Positions 51,988 through 62,336 of a stretch of 64,000 nucleotides of DNA are shown here, piece after piece; position 1 is the stretch's first letter; the number at the start of each line of letters is the position of its first letter. The notes beneath the pieces are model-generated. The model had not been told where the DNA came from, made no database searches, and saw only the letters and a program-made list of their open reading frames with translations. The position numbers and the translations under genes were made by a program. This stretch comes from Macrostomum lignano (lineage: Eukaryota). The stretch is taken from the NCBI GenBank assembly GCA_002269645.1, contig NIVC01001380.1:124001-188000 (forward strand), read 5' to 3'.

Positions 51988-52508
51988 TGACTTCGATGTG
52001 TTTACCAGTAATGGATGACATTATTAGTTTTAATAAGACAGGGATCAACTTTCCTGTTGTCGTAAATTTTCGCAATATTTTTAAGTTATAACAAATCATA
52101 TATGACGTATTATATTTTATCGTACGTATTGATTATTTCGATTTAATTTTTTGCTGCATGATCAACGTTATTAGTTAGCTACTCATAAAGAAGAATAATT
52201 TTAAGTCATAAATTATCATTGTCATTGCAATCTACGATGACTACTATTGTTAGTAGTGCTTGAAGTAAACGGCTAAGTCAATAGTTTTTAGGTTAGAAAA
52301 AACATGCTGGTGCTACATAAACTATAGCTACTGTTGGCAGTAGTACTTTTTGTAACATTGATTTACAGTCATGACAGGTTAATTCATAACTTCATACGTT
52401 GTAGTTTTTACTATTTTAATTGGGTTAAAAAGTTGTCAATAAAACAGGCTCTTTTCTAATCATAAAAAGCAAGAATTCGTTTCCTTCAATTAGCAGTCAT
52501 TTGCATTC

Positions 52509-52540
52509 AATAAAAACGTGTTTTTTAAATACCTTTTATT
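52509..52540. terminator. Convergent candidate poly(A) signals (AATAAA on + at 52509-52514; AATAAA on - at 52540-52535)
   Basis: between the GNPAT stop (51987) and the SR gene stop (52886); another + AATAAA at 52438. Confidence 0.4.
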
Positions 52541-52885
52541 TTTTTAACTTTTCGACTATTTTTGAACAGAACTAGCATAACAAAAAAAGGAAAAGTGATT
52601 TTACCGGGCCAGAAAAGTATTAAAAAAACATGACACGCACAGATAACCGAGCACCAATGTCTTAAACAAACTAGATGAAGTAATTATTTTTTTCAAACCA
52701 TTGATACAAGCATTAAAACTATATTGGGTGATTTTTTGGTTTTGTAAGAAATTGCATGAGATCCGTATCTATGCCGTTACTATGGTAACTGGGTCTATGT
52801 ACGTTGCTGATGAGAAACAAAGGCAAAAACAGCTGCAGAAAACTAACAAGTTATCCACTTTTTAAAAGTACATCGAGTCCTTTTC

Positions 52886-53126
52886 TCAGCGAGACCCCCG
52901 GGAAGACGAACTCGATTTTTCGTTGCTTCTCCGAGCTTGTCGACAATTCGGCGACGGCAACGGCGACTGCGGTGGCGATCGGCGGGATCGGCGAGAGGTC
53001 GACAACGAATTTCTGGGCTTCTGTTTGTCTCCTGAGATCGAGGATTTGCTGGACTTTGCGGCTGGCGAGGCGCTGCTGCGGCGGTGGCCGGAGCGGCCGC
53101 GACTGCGACTGTGGGAGCGGCTGCGG
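52886..53126 (-). CDS. SRSF10: SRSF10/12-like exon 4 (RS domain RSRSHSRSRGRS...)
   Basis: pyrimidine-rich ccctccgccag| acceptor, phase 2; RS/SP-rich frame of ORF 52886-53152; TGA at 52888-52886. Confidence 0.8.
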
Positions 53127-53204
53127 CTGGCGGAGGGGGCAGGCGAAGTCACGTGATACGTTTTTTGGCAGGCGAGTTATTAATATTTTAGGTGTGATTC
53201 CTGA

Positions 53205-53385
53205 TTGATCTGAGATGCTGGCCCAACAACTGAGGATCTGGGAGGCTGGCCCAGCAACCGGGGATCTGGGAGGCTGGCCCAGCAACTGGAGATCTGGGAG
53301 GCTGGCCCAGCAACCGGGTATCTGGGAGGCTGGCCCAGCAACCGGGGATCTGGGAGGCTGGCCCAGCAACCGGGGATCAGGGATC
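53205..53385. repeat. 28-bp minisatellite (TGGGAGGCTGGCCCAGCAACCGGGGATC), SR gene intron 3
   Basis: ~6 copies. Confidence 0.9.
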
Positions 53386-53400
53386 GCGCAGCAGCCTCAC

Positions 53401-53571
53401 CGTCGAGTCCCGCCAGTGTCCCGCCCGGAACCCTCCATCCGCTCCATCCGCATCATCTCAGCGGGAGTTCGCCGCTGCCCTCTCGCAAACTCGATCTCGA
53501 TAGCTCGGCCAAGAAAATTGGTCCCATCCAGCCGCTTGTGCGCCTCTTTAGCGTCGCTCGAATGATTGTAA
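53401..53571 (-). CDS. SRSF10: SRSF10/12-like exon 3 (YNHSSDAKEAHKRLDGTNFLGRAIEIEFARGQRRTPAEM...)
   Basis: matches the SRSF10 RRM end (FEDVRDAEDA...GRQIEIQFAQGDRKTP); 5' boundary at AC 53573-53572 inferred; |gtgagg donor at 53400, phase 2. Confidence 0.8.
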
Positions 53572-53859
53572 GTGAAATTTTTGTCCGGATTGGCAATCGA
53601 TGGGGATTGCCTTTGTCGGTGAGTTAAAGACTCATTAATTGATGTTATTTGAGTGATAGAATTTACACATTATTACACAACTACCTACTACAAGCCTTAC
53701 TATACAATTACTTAGCTATGACAGCTCCTTAGTTACTCCTTCCTACAGAAGGAGTAATTCTAAAACTGAATAGGGTTTCAGAACCCTTACCGTACAGATC
53801 GGCTCATTTTTTAACTACAAGTCGAGATAGAGAATCTAGCGTCTGATTGTGGGCCAGAG

Positions 53860-55000
53860 AGGGGAGAGGAGAAAGGAGAGAAGGCAGGGGAGGGGAGAGA
53901 AGATAGGGGAGGGGAGAGAAGATAGGGGAGGGGAGAGAAGATAGGGGGTAGGGGAGAGAAGATAGGGTAGGGAAGGGGAGAGAAGATAGGGGGGAAGGGG
54001 AGAGAAGATAGGGGAGGGAAGGGGAGAGAAGATAGGGGAGGGGAGAGAAGATAGGGGGTAGGGGAGAGAAGATAGGGTAGGGGAGAGAAGATAGGGGGTA
54101 GGGGAGAGAAGATAGGGGGTAGGGGAGAGAAGATAGGGGAGGGGAGAGAAGATAGGGGGTAGGGGAGAGAAGATAGGGGGTAGGGGAGAGAAGATAGGGG
54201 AGGGAGGGGAGAGAAGATAGGGGGTAGGGGAGAGAAGATAGGGGAGGGGAGAGAAGATAGGGGGTAGGGGAGAGAAGATAGGGGAGGGGAGAGAAGATAG
54301 GGGGTAGGGGAGAGAAGATAGGGGGTAGGGGAGAGAAGATAGGGGGTAGGGGAGAGAAGATAGGGGAGGGAGGGGAGAGAAGATAGGGGAGGGGAGAGAA
54401 GATAGGGGGTAGGGGAGAGAAGATAGGGGAGGGAGGGGAGAGAAGATAGGGGAGGGGAGAGAAGATAGGGGGTAGGGGAGAGAAGATAGGGTAGGGAAGG
54501 GGAGAGAAGATAGGGGAGGGGAGAGAAGATAGGGGAGGGGAGAGAAGATAGGGGGTAGGGGAGAGAAGATAGGGGAGGGAGGGGAGAGAAGATAGGGGAG
54601 GGGAGAGAAGATAGGGGGTAGGGGAGAGAAGATAGGGGGTAGGGGAGAGAAGATAGGGGAGGGAGGGGAGAGAAGATAGGGGGTAGGGGAGAGAAGATAG
54701 GGGAGGGGAGAGAAGATAGGGGGTAGGGGAGAGAAGATAGGGGAGGGGAGAGAAGATAGGGGAGGGAAGGGGAGAGAAGATAGGGGAGGGAAGGGGAGAG
54801 AAGATAGGGGGTAGGGGAGAGAAGATAGGGGAGGGGAGAGAAGATAGGGGAGGGAGGGGGAGAGAAGATAGGGGAGGGAAGGGGAGAGAAGATAGGGGAG
54901 GGAAGGGGAGAGAAGATAGGGGAGGGAGGGGAGAGAAGATAGGGGAGGGGAGAGAAGATAGGGGGTAGGGGAGAGAAGATAGGGTAGGGAAGGGGAGAGG
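53860..55000. repeat. G/A-rich minisatellite (GGGGAGAGAAGATAGG core) inside the U12 intron
   Basis: ~21-26-bp units. Confidence 0.95.
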
Positions 55001-55039
55001 AAACAGGAGAGAAAAGAGAAGAGAGATGAGACCAGGGAA

Positions 55040-55168
55040 CAGAGGCGTAGTGAGGGGTGATGGGGGGAGGTGTTTCACCTCCTTCGAATAGCCAAAACGT
55101 GTTTTCAGTCTGTATTTCTCCTAGGGGCAGCCTATCCCCTAAAGAAGAAATTTCTGGCTACGCGCCTG
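55040..55168. mobile_element. ~129-bp MITE related to the 59604-59747 element
   Basis: TIRs CAGAGGCGTAG / CTACGCGCCTG (9/11); shares GCGTAnnCAGAAATTT...GGGG with the other MITE; no clear TSD. Confidence 0.5.
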
Positions 55169-55314
55169 CAAGAGAGAGATTAGTGAGAAGAGACACAAAC
55201 CCTGAGCAAGCCGCAGTTTTCCAACCCCTGCTTTATCTTTAAAGTATAACAAGTAAATTCTAGCAAAGATTAGCCGAACAGTCAAAACAGTTTCAGATGA
55301 ATTCATATTTCTTT

Positions 55315-55324
55315 AAAAGGATAT
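55315..55324 (-). other. U12-type (minor spliceosome) 5' splice site ATATCCTTTT
   Basis: exact U12 AT-type donor consensus directly after the phase-2 exon end GTGCA. Confidence 0.85.
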
Positions 55325-55429
55325 TGCACAAAAGCGTAGCCCTTCATTCGACCTGAATAATAGTCCAGCGGCACAGTCAGATCATAAATCGAGCCGTATT
55401 TGGAGAATAAGTGACGAATCTCTTCGTGC
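55325..55429 (-). CDS. SRSF10: SRSF10/12-like exon 2 (HEEIRHLFSKYGSIYDLTVPLDYYSGRMKGYAFV), ends at a U12 donor
   Basis: actttcag| acceptor; 105 nt; aligns without gaps to [34 protein letters not shown] (SRSF10, from recall); followed by ATATCCTTTT. Confidence 0.9.
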
Positions 55430-55714
55430 CTGAAAGTTTTCAAGTTATAAGCAGGTCAGTAACTCTTAACAACTTCAATATGCAAAGAATAAGGTTTTCA
55501 AATAATTTAAGATAATTAAAATTCCTTCAAAAATCAACTTCCCAGCATAGTGATTTGAATGCAAAATTTAATATGCATGTATGCACTTTATGAAGGCAAA
55601 CGTGTACTCTTTATTGTACTTACTTTATGTACTTTACGCACATGCACTTTTACATTCATTACTTTTTAATTCTACCTGCAAAATACATTGCCTGTGAAGT
55701 ATCTCTGGGTGGAT

Positions 55715-56080
55715 TCTGTACGTTTTGGATGAGTTATGTATGTTTTGGATCGATTCTGTATGGTTTTTTATGGATTCTGTATGCTTTGAATGAGTTTCTG
55801 TATGATTTTGGATGAGTTCTGTATGCTTTGGGTGAGTTCTGTATGCTTTGGATGAGTTCTGTATGCTTTGGATGAGTTCTGTATGCTTTTGATGAGTTAT
55901 GTATGCTTTGGATGAGTTCTGTATGCTTTGAATGAGTTCTGTATGCTTTGGATGAGTTCTGTATGCTTTGGATGAGTTCTGTATGCTTTGGATGAGTTCT
56001 GTATGCTTTGGATGAGTTCTGTATGCTTTGGATGAGCTCTGTATGCTTTGGATGAGTTCTGTATGCTTTGGATGGATTCT
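55715..56080. repeat. 20-bp minisatellite (GGATGAGTTCTGTATGCTTT)
   Basis: ~17 copies. Confidence 0.9.
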
Positions 56081-56523
56081 GTGCGAATGGTGCGAATGCT
56101 ACTTCAACTGTCACTTTATAAGTCGAGGAAGCAAGAGACAGCAAGCACAATGTCCTTGAATAAGCATGCCCTCCCGCCTGTTGAAGCAATACCTGTAATT
56201 GATTTCTCGCTAGTTTGAATTGAATTGCAACAGGAAGGAACCCACATTAACTTCTTTCAATCTTCATAATCGATGCTTTGCAATTGAAAATTCAAACCGG
56301 AAAAATTTGAATTGAAAACAATTTGAATAAAATGTTTCACTGAATCAAAACGCTTTTATTTGCGACAGACAATAGGGGGTGGCGACAGACAATAGGCTAT
56401 TATAGGAGCGACTAGTCCAACACAAAATCATTCAAAACACAATAAGATTCAACCGTTAACTGTGACAAATTTCACTATAATGAGAGTCCATTCCAACTGA
56501 CTTTCTCAACACGTCCCATTTCC

Positions 56524-57618
56524 TCAGTTTTCGTTTATTAACATTAAACGCTTGAAGCATTGCCGGAATTGCGGACTACGACGCAGCAGCACAAAGAAAC
56601 TCGCGCACTGATTAACGAGAGCCAGAGTGAGGCTGCAATAAGCAAAGTTAGTTATCATGCTTAAATAGTCAATATAGTCGCCCATGTCTAGCAGATTAAC
56701 GGAGATTTCGCCAGCAAGCCTCAGAGTCATAGCTGGCAAGTTTAGTGCCAAGTAAACAATCGATAGAATAAAAACAATTATTGTTCCATTAATTTCGGCA
56801 ATCGAGTAGCGCATAGCAACGCTTTGAGGCGACAGAATTCGACGCCTATTGTTGGCAGCCAGTCGAACCCGACTCAACAGAAATCCATTCAGGCCCAACA
56901 TCAGTAGCATGAAAACCAGTGGAGGATTTGACAGCAACGAAGTGTAAGCCAGCATGGCTAATCTAACCTCGTGGCCGCGATAGCAATACTTCAGCACTGT
57001 TCCGTCTGGCATGGTGGCAGTCACGTGACCAACTAGAATCCCATTCGGCAGGGCAATTAAAACCGACAGCAAGAATGAAGCAACCAAAGCTTTAATGGCC
57101 CATCGTATGCCTACTTTTTGCATGACGAGCGGTCGGTGAACAACCAAAACCCGGTCGATCACCAGGACTAACATCCATAAACACGAGAGCGTGTGACAGA
57201 AATTCAGAGCATAGCGAGACACTTTGCACATGTTATCGCTCAGATTGTAGCTGATAAAAGCCAGTCGACCTCTAGTGATCCACGGCAGGCCTTTGGTGAG
57301 GAACACGTTAAACACTCCAATAACTACGAGGCTCAATATGTCGACAATGGCATTGCAGCCAAGGAAAAGATTCTGCCGAGTTAGCGGTCGAATCCGGTTC
57401 AGCATGATATGAGCAACAATGATGTTTCCAATTGCTCCAACAATTATTATAATTGGTAGCACGATGCCCGATATTGAGCCAACCACGTGAGACATGATGC
57501 AGAATAAGCGCCTGGATGGATCTCCACTCAGGCAGTCTCTCACCATTTGCATTGCATTCTCAGTGTATCCGGTTTTTACTACCACAGTTTCAGAGTTGTT
57601 TTGAGCACCTTGCAGCAT
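56524..57618 (-). CDS. Intronless class A (rhodopsin-like) 7TM GPCR, Srw/FMRFamide-receptor-like orphan, ~364 aa
   Basis: seven hydrophobic segments, GN in TM1, D in TM2, C at the top of TM3, DRV for DRY, NLP in TM6, N-terminal NNS sequon; first ATG at 57618 (the ORF track start is TTG). Confidence 0.9.
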   Translation of the reverse strand: MLQGAQNNSETVVVKTGYTENAMQMVRDCLSGDPSRRLFCIMSHVVGSISGIVLPIIIIVGAIGNIIVAHIMLNRIRPLTRQNLFLGCNAIVDILSLVVIGVFNVFLTKGLPWITRGRLAFISYNLSDNMCKVSRYALNFCHTLSCLWMLVLVIDRVLVVHRPLVMQKVGIRWAIKALVASFLLSVLIALPNGILVGHVTATMPDGTVLKYCYRGHEVRLAMLAYTSLLSNPPLVFMLLMLGLNGFLLSRVRLAANNRRRILSPQSVAMRYSIAEINGTIIVFILSIVYLALNLPAMTLRLAGEISVNLLDMGDYIDYLSMITNFAYCSLTLALVNQCASFFVLLRRSPQFRQCFKRLMLINEN

Positions 57619-57822
57619 TTCACTGTACTTGTCAGTGTCTAACAAATTCCAAAGACGATTTTTGCTTTGCGCAAAGGTTTTGAATGCAAGCTATTATTAA
57701 TGAAAATTTCTTCGATTCATCATCCAATAAGAATGATGATGGCAGCACAAGCACAGCTGTTCAATCTTTCCTGGTTGATGATTTGCTGACAAAAAAAGAA
57801 TGTATCGCTGGTATGCTGGTTG

Positions 57823-59370
57823 CCCCCAGGAACCCGGGTCCTGCACATAATAGTGTGATGAACTACAGATATCTGTGCAGTATGAGTCTGGTATGGTCTC
57901 TTTCCCAGCCAGCGATGCTCACACCTGTCTCATCAGACGGGTTGATAGTTCAAGAGACTCCGCGGCCATACCATCTGCCACCATCGGGGCGCCCCAGCGA
58001 GACCAAGCAGCTGAGTACCATTGCCCACGACAGCGGAAGCTTCCCAATCTGGGGCCCTGAGCCCACTGAAGTCCCTGCCCAGGATAGGGAGGCTGATGCA
58101 GCCGGAAGGGTGGACAGTTCACCTGATGAAGGCTCCACCGAACCCCGGGCCCCCTACGCTGAGGCGGCAAAGAGGCAACCGGCGGTTGTCATCCTGGGAA
58201 GGACGTGCGCCTGTTCCCCGACCAGTTGAAGCAGAAGAGCTGCACTGTTGATGGCCTACTGTGGAAGCTCACTCTGAAAGGCACACCTCTGAACATTCAC
58301 TAGAATGCGACGAGGGACTCGTGCCTTCTTATTTGGCCCGTGATGCTGACCCGGGATGGCGGCTCCTTTGAGCTGCTGCCCTAGCAGAGCTGGGACCTCA
58401 AATTAGCCTTCTGTGCAGAGGACGAGCGCCTCCGGACCAAGAGGCATAGAATCTGGGTTCTGGCCAGGAGCGTCGTTACCTCTGCTGACGAGCTCCGGAA
58501 GAGACTGCTTTCAGTCAACCGAGAGCTTCCCGCTAGTGGTGCATGACACCCTAAAGCGCACCGACGGAACCGGGAATTTACTTTTTTTTCACTCCGACAG
58601 CCAAGCAGCCCTTCGGGCCCTCTGCCGCAGCACCACCAGCTTCAGATCTGTCCCGGACTGCAACGCTCAGTTCAATGGACTCGCTCAGGGCAACCAGGTG
58701 GGGCTCAGATGGATCCCGAGCCACGCTGGTTTCCTCGGCAACGAGCGCGCTGACCTGCTGGCCAAGGCTGGCTCCGCCGGCGCGCTGCTGGGGCCGGGCC
58801 CAGGGATCCCCATCCCCGCCTCGGTGATCAAATCCCGCATCAAGCGCTGGACTGACTCCAAGCATCTCCAGAGGTGGCGCGACACTTGGAACGGCAGGCA
58901 ATCCCGTGCTGCCGTCCCCTGTCTCTCTCCCCTCCTGCGTAGAGCCCTCCTCAGGCTCAACCGCAGAGACTTCAGAGCAGTCAGCATGGCCCTCTTCGGG
59001 CATGGCTGCTTCTCTCGCCACCGTTTCCTTCAGGGCCAGGTACCTGAGGAGCGGTGCCCCTTCTGCCGCTCAGGCAGTGAAAACGCTGAGCACTCATCAG
59101 GGCCAAGCTACCTCGGGCCAAACCCGGTTCTCTCAGACGTTTTCAGACCCGAGAGCATCCCGCTGCTCCCCCGGTACCTCAAGGACACGGGACGAGCTGA
59201 GTTCTTTCCCAACGCCGGTAAGGAGGACCGCGCTGCAGGCGAGACCGACGGGTCCCCCTGAGCGACAACGCTTCGACGGAAGTCATTGGTCGCCAGAAGC
59301 CAGCGAAATGGGCGGTCTCCTCCACCTCCTCGCTGCATCCGCCGGCCGATGCCCCCTGCAGCTGAGTCAA
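57823..59370 (+). mobile_element. Degenerate, internally deleted non-LTR retrotransposon (Loa/Lian-like): ORF1-like remnant plus RNase H and C-terminal Cys region
   Basis: DSQAAL and WIPSHAGFLGNERADLLAK RNase H motifs; RQSR...LLRLNRR...LFGHG...CPFC tail; GGTATGCTGGTTG duplicated at 57810-57822 and 59371-59383. Confidence 0.8.
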
Positions 59371-59595
59371 GGTATGCTGGTTGATGATTTGCTCACAAGA
59401 AGAGAGAAGGCGTCATTGGTATGCTGGTTGGTGATTTGCTCACAAGAAGAGAGAAGGCGTCATTGGTATGCTGGTTGGTGATTTGCTCACAAGAAGAGAG
59501 AAGGCGTCATTGGTATGCTGGTTGGTGATTTGCTCACAAGAAGAGAGAAGGCGTCATTGGTATGCTGGTTGGTGATTTGCTCACAAGAAGAGAAC
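59371..59595. repeat. 47-bp minisatellite (GGTATGCTGGTTGGTGATTTGCTCACAAGAAGAGAGAAGGCGTCATT)
   Basis: ~4.7 copies, with diverged copies at ~57770-57822 and ~59750-59800. Confidence 0.9.
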
Positions 59596-59603
59596 GTATC
59601 GCT

Positions 59604-59747
59604 CAGTGGCGTAAACAGAAATTTGTTGAAGGGGGTGGATTCTAGAGGGTAAAACCCAAAGGGGGCGGAGTGAGTGGCTCTGTATTTTGGCGAAAATGGG
59701 CTTGGAAAATGCACAGAACAGAACACCCCCTCCCAGTTACGCTAAAG
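59604..59747. mobile_element. 144-bp MITE, hAT-like
   Basis: 8-bp TSD GTATCGCT at 59596-59603 and 59748-59755; imperfect TIRs CAGTGGCGTAA / TTACGCTAAAG; internal GGGGGTG...CACCCCC. Confidence 0.65.
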
Positions 59748-60344
59748 GTATCGCTGATATGCTGGTAGGTGATTTTCTTACAAAGAAGAGAAGGCATCGA
59801 CACTCAAGGAGGCAATCTATTTTGCTGAAATCTTTTGATTCAAAAGGAACCTGTCAGTAATTATGTAAGTGTGAGAAAAACAAGCACAGGTATCTATTAG
59901 TACTAGCTTCAGGCGTGCTCTTGCAGTGCCCTTTTTTTCTTGCAAGTCTCATGCAAGTTTTAATCCAACTCTATAGTTGTGCAATGTGATTTACTGCTTG
60001 TTCTGTCTTAATTGTCTCTAAATTCTATAAGTCCTAGAGAATTTCTATTTGATTACTCCGGTTCAATACTTGAGTTTGCTTTTCTTTTACCATCTTAGGT
60101 TACTTCATGATTCAGTTTTCAAACAGTTTTCAATTCTGACTTCTTATCAAAGGCTAACAGAAATTTTCTACTGGCACTCATAGTACTCAGTCAGTTTGCT
60201 TGTTGCATAGCATAAGGTATGTAGCTTGGTGCTGCTAAAATAAAAAAGTTGACCCACAAACATTGAGGGGACAAGCAGTTCTGCTTATTCTGCAAACCAA
60301 TGACAACATACATGAAATATGATAATTCAGATGACCAAAAATTA

Positions 60345-60990
60345 AGTTTTTATAATTTTTCAAGGACAACTTAAGTAGAATAGAAAACCTTGTTTCTTGG
60401 AAATTTTTTTGAAGGCAATACATTACAGAGATAAGAAATTTTCATCTTTATAGCACAAAAATTGTTATTGCTTTTGATAGGAGGCAGATCCAGCATTCAC
60501 CTTTTGATATGTTGTGCCTTTCTTATTGCTCTATTGATATTCATAAAGCTTTTTGTTCAGAAAATTAGGATTCTATGTTAATTTTTATTCTATATACATT
60601 TGCACATATCTTGTGCCGAGAAACCCTTATAATGGCATAGCTAGGCTCTTTGGTTTTGAGTCTATTTTATCATTATTAGCTGACTGTGTAACATGGGTAG
60701 CAGAGATGATACAATAGATTAAAAATATTAGAACTATGCATGATTAAAAAATTAACATGGAATCCTAATTTTCTAAACAAAAAGCTTTATATCAATAGAG
60801 CAATAGAAGGGCACAACATATTAAAAGATGAACATTGGATCTGCCTCCTATCAAAAGCAATAACAATTTTTGCATTGAAAAATGAAAACTTCCTATCTCT
60901 GTAGTCTCTTTAAAAACTGCCTTCAAAAATTTTCTAAGAATTGAGGTTTCCCATCCTTCTACCTAAGTCATCTTAGAATTTTTTTATTTT
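60345..60990. repeat. Long imperfect inverted repeat (~245-bp arms, ~155-bp spacer), probable MITE/foldback
   Basis: ATTGTTATTGCTTTTGATAGGAGGCAGATCCA at ~60460 has its reverse complement at ~60840; similarity extends across both arms. Confidence 0.75.
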
Positions 60991-62336
60991 TATGAGCAAC
61001 ATAAATAATTATTCAAAATAAGATTTTAGCTACAAAAAACTTGCATAATTTCATTTTAAAATTTTGTATATTTCACTTTTTACATGTAAAGCAGATTTAT
61101 TGCATTTAGAAGCAAAGCCACTAAGCACAATATTAACATTTAGGAAAGAAAAGAAAAGAAAGAAAAGAAAGAAAAGAAAGAAAGAGTCTTATAAAATTGT
61201 TCCTTACATTATGCAATGTGAACAAAAAGGCAGACATCAAAAAGTGCTCATTTTAACCATATAGAAAGTTAAATTCAAAGGCAGAATATGTCTATATAAA
61301 ATGATATAATAAATTTCCTGTTGTTTTTTAAATGTCTTATGCTCATATTTTTTATATCATTGCAATGGCCTCCAGGCTATTGTCAGGAAGGTGCACTTTT
61401 TGCACTAGATTAAATTTATCCCATTGTGCCATGCACTAAAGAATTTTTTCTTTGCACCAATATGGGCACTTTGGGTTGCCATACCCCAAAATTAAAAAAG
61501 TAAAAAAGCTATTTTAACTTTTAGTAGTTTTACTATTTTATTATTTTTTTAGATTCCAATTTTTGTCTAAGCCAAAAATAGTAAATAGCAATATTGAATA
61601 GCAAATTAGTGGCAAAATGAATTTGAACTTCAAGGAGTCTTTTATGTTTGTAATAAAATTAAAGTTATAACTATAACAAACAAACTTCCAAAAATAAAAA
61701 ATATATATAGCATGGGCCTATCACAAAATCTGCTTAATTCTTATATTATTTATAATCAAAGAAATCTATACCATATGCCTATAATGCCAAGTTGCAGGCT
61801 CTCATTATTCCTTTTATACTAAATGCACTGAGTATACCAGAGAAATAGCCTATTTGTAGCAAAAAATTGGTGAAATCTATTGCCTCTTTGACCATGGCCT
61901 TGCTTGAGGTTATCATTATATTCTTAAAGTTTTGTTTGAATTACTCTCAAACATTTTTTTTAATAATTGCTTCAGTGCAACTTAATAATCAGGGGCTTAG
62001 AATTTTTAGGCATTCTTAGTATACACCTAAACTTTAGTCTAAAAAACCTCTTTGTATACAATACACTAGATACCTTTTTGATGATGGAGTAGTAGGCTAG
62101 TAGCTCTAAATATTTAGTCAAAATTATTTGATTTCATAAAATTTCAGAATGACCCTTATCATAATTTTGAATCTCTAGGAAATTTTGGTATCCAATGGAA
62201 TTTACTTTAATCAATAATCAAAGTACTAAATTTAAGTTAAACATTAAAACAATAAAAGAGGAACCTAAACTAAACCTAGCTTAATAATTATTAGGGCAAA
62301 GATAAAATTTGACAGCAGCAATAAATTTATACTTAC

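Noticed and set aside
52804-53565. ORFs 52804-53208, 52851-53369, 52923-53156 and 53215-53565 as separate genes
   Set aside because: They are alternative frames or the antisense of SR gene exons 3-4 plus the 28-bp repeat
55675-55730. PKRTESTQRYFTGNVFCR as SR gene exon 1
   Set aside because: Derived from degenerate 20-mer repeat flank with no start codon; 62337-62392 has an ATG, the RNP2 motif and a perfect donor
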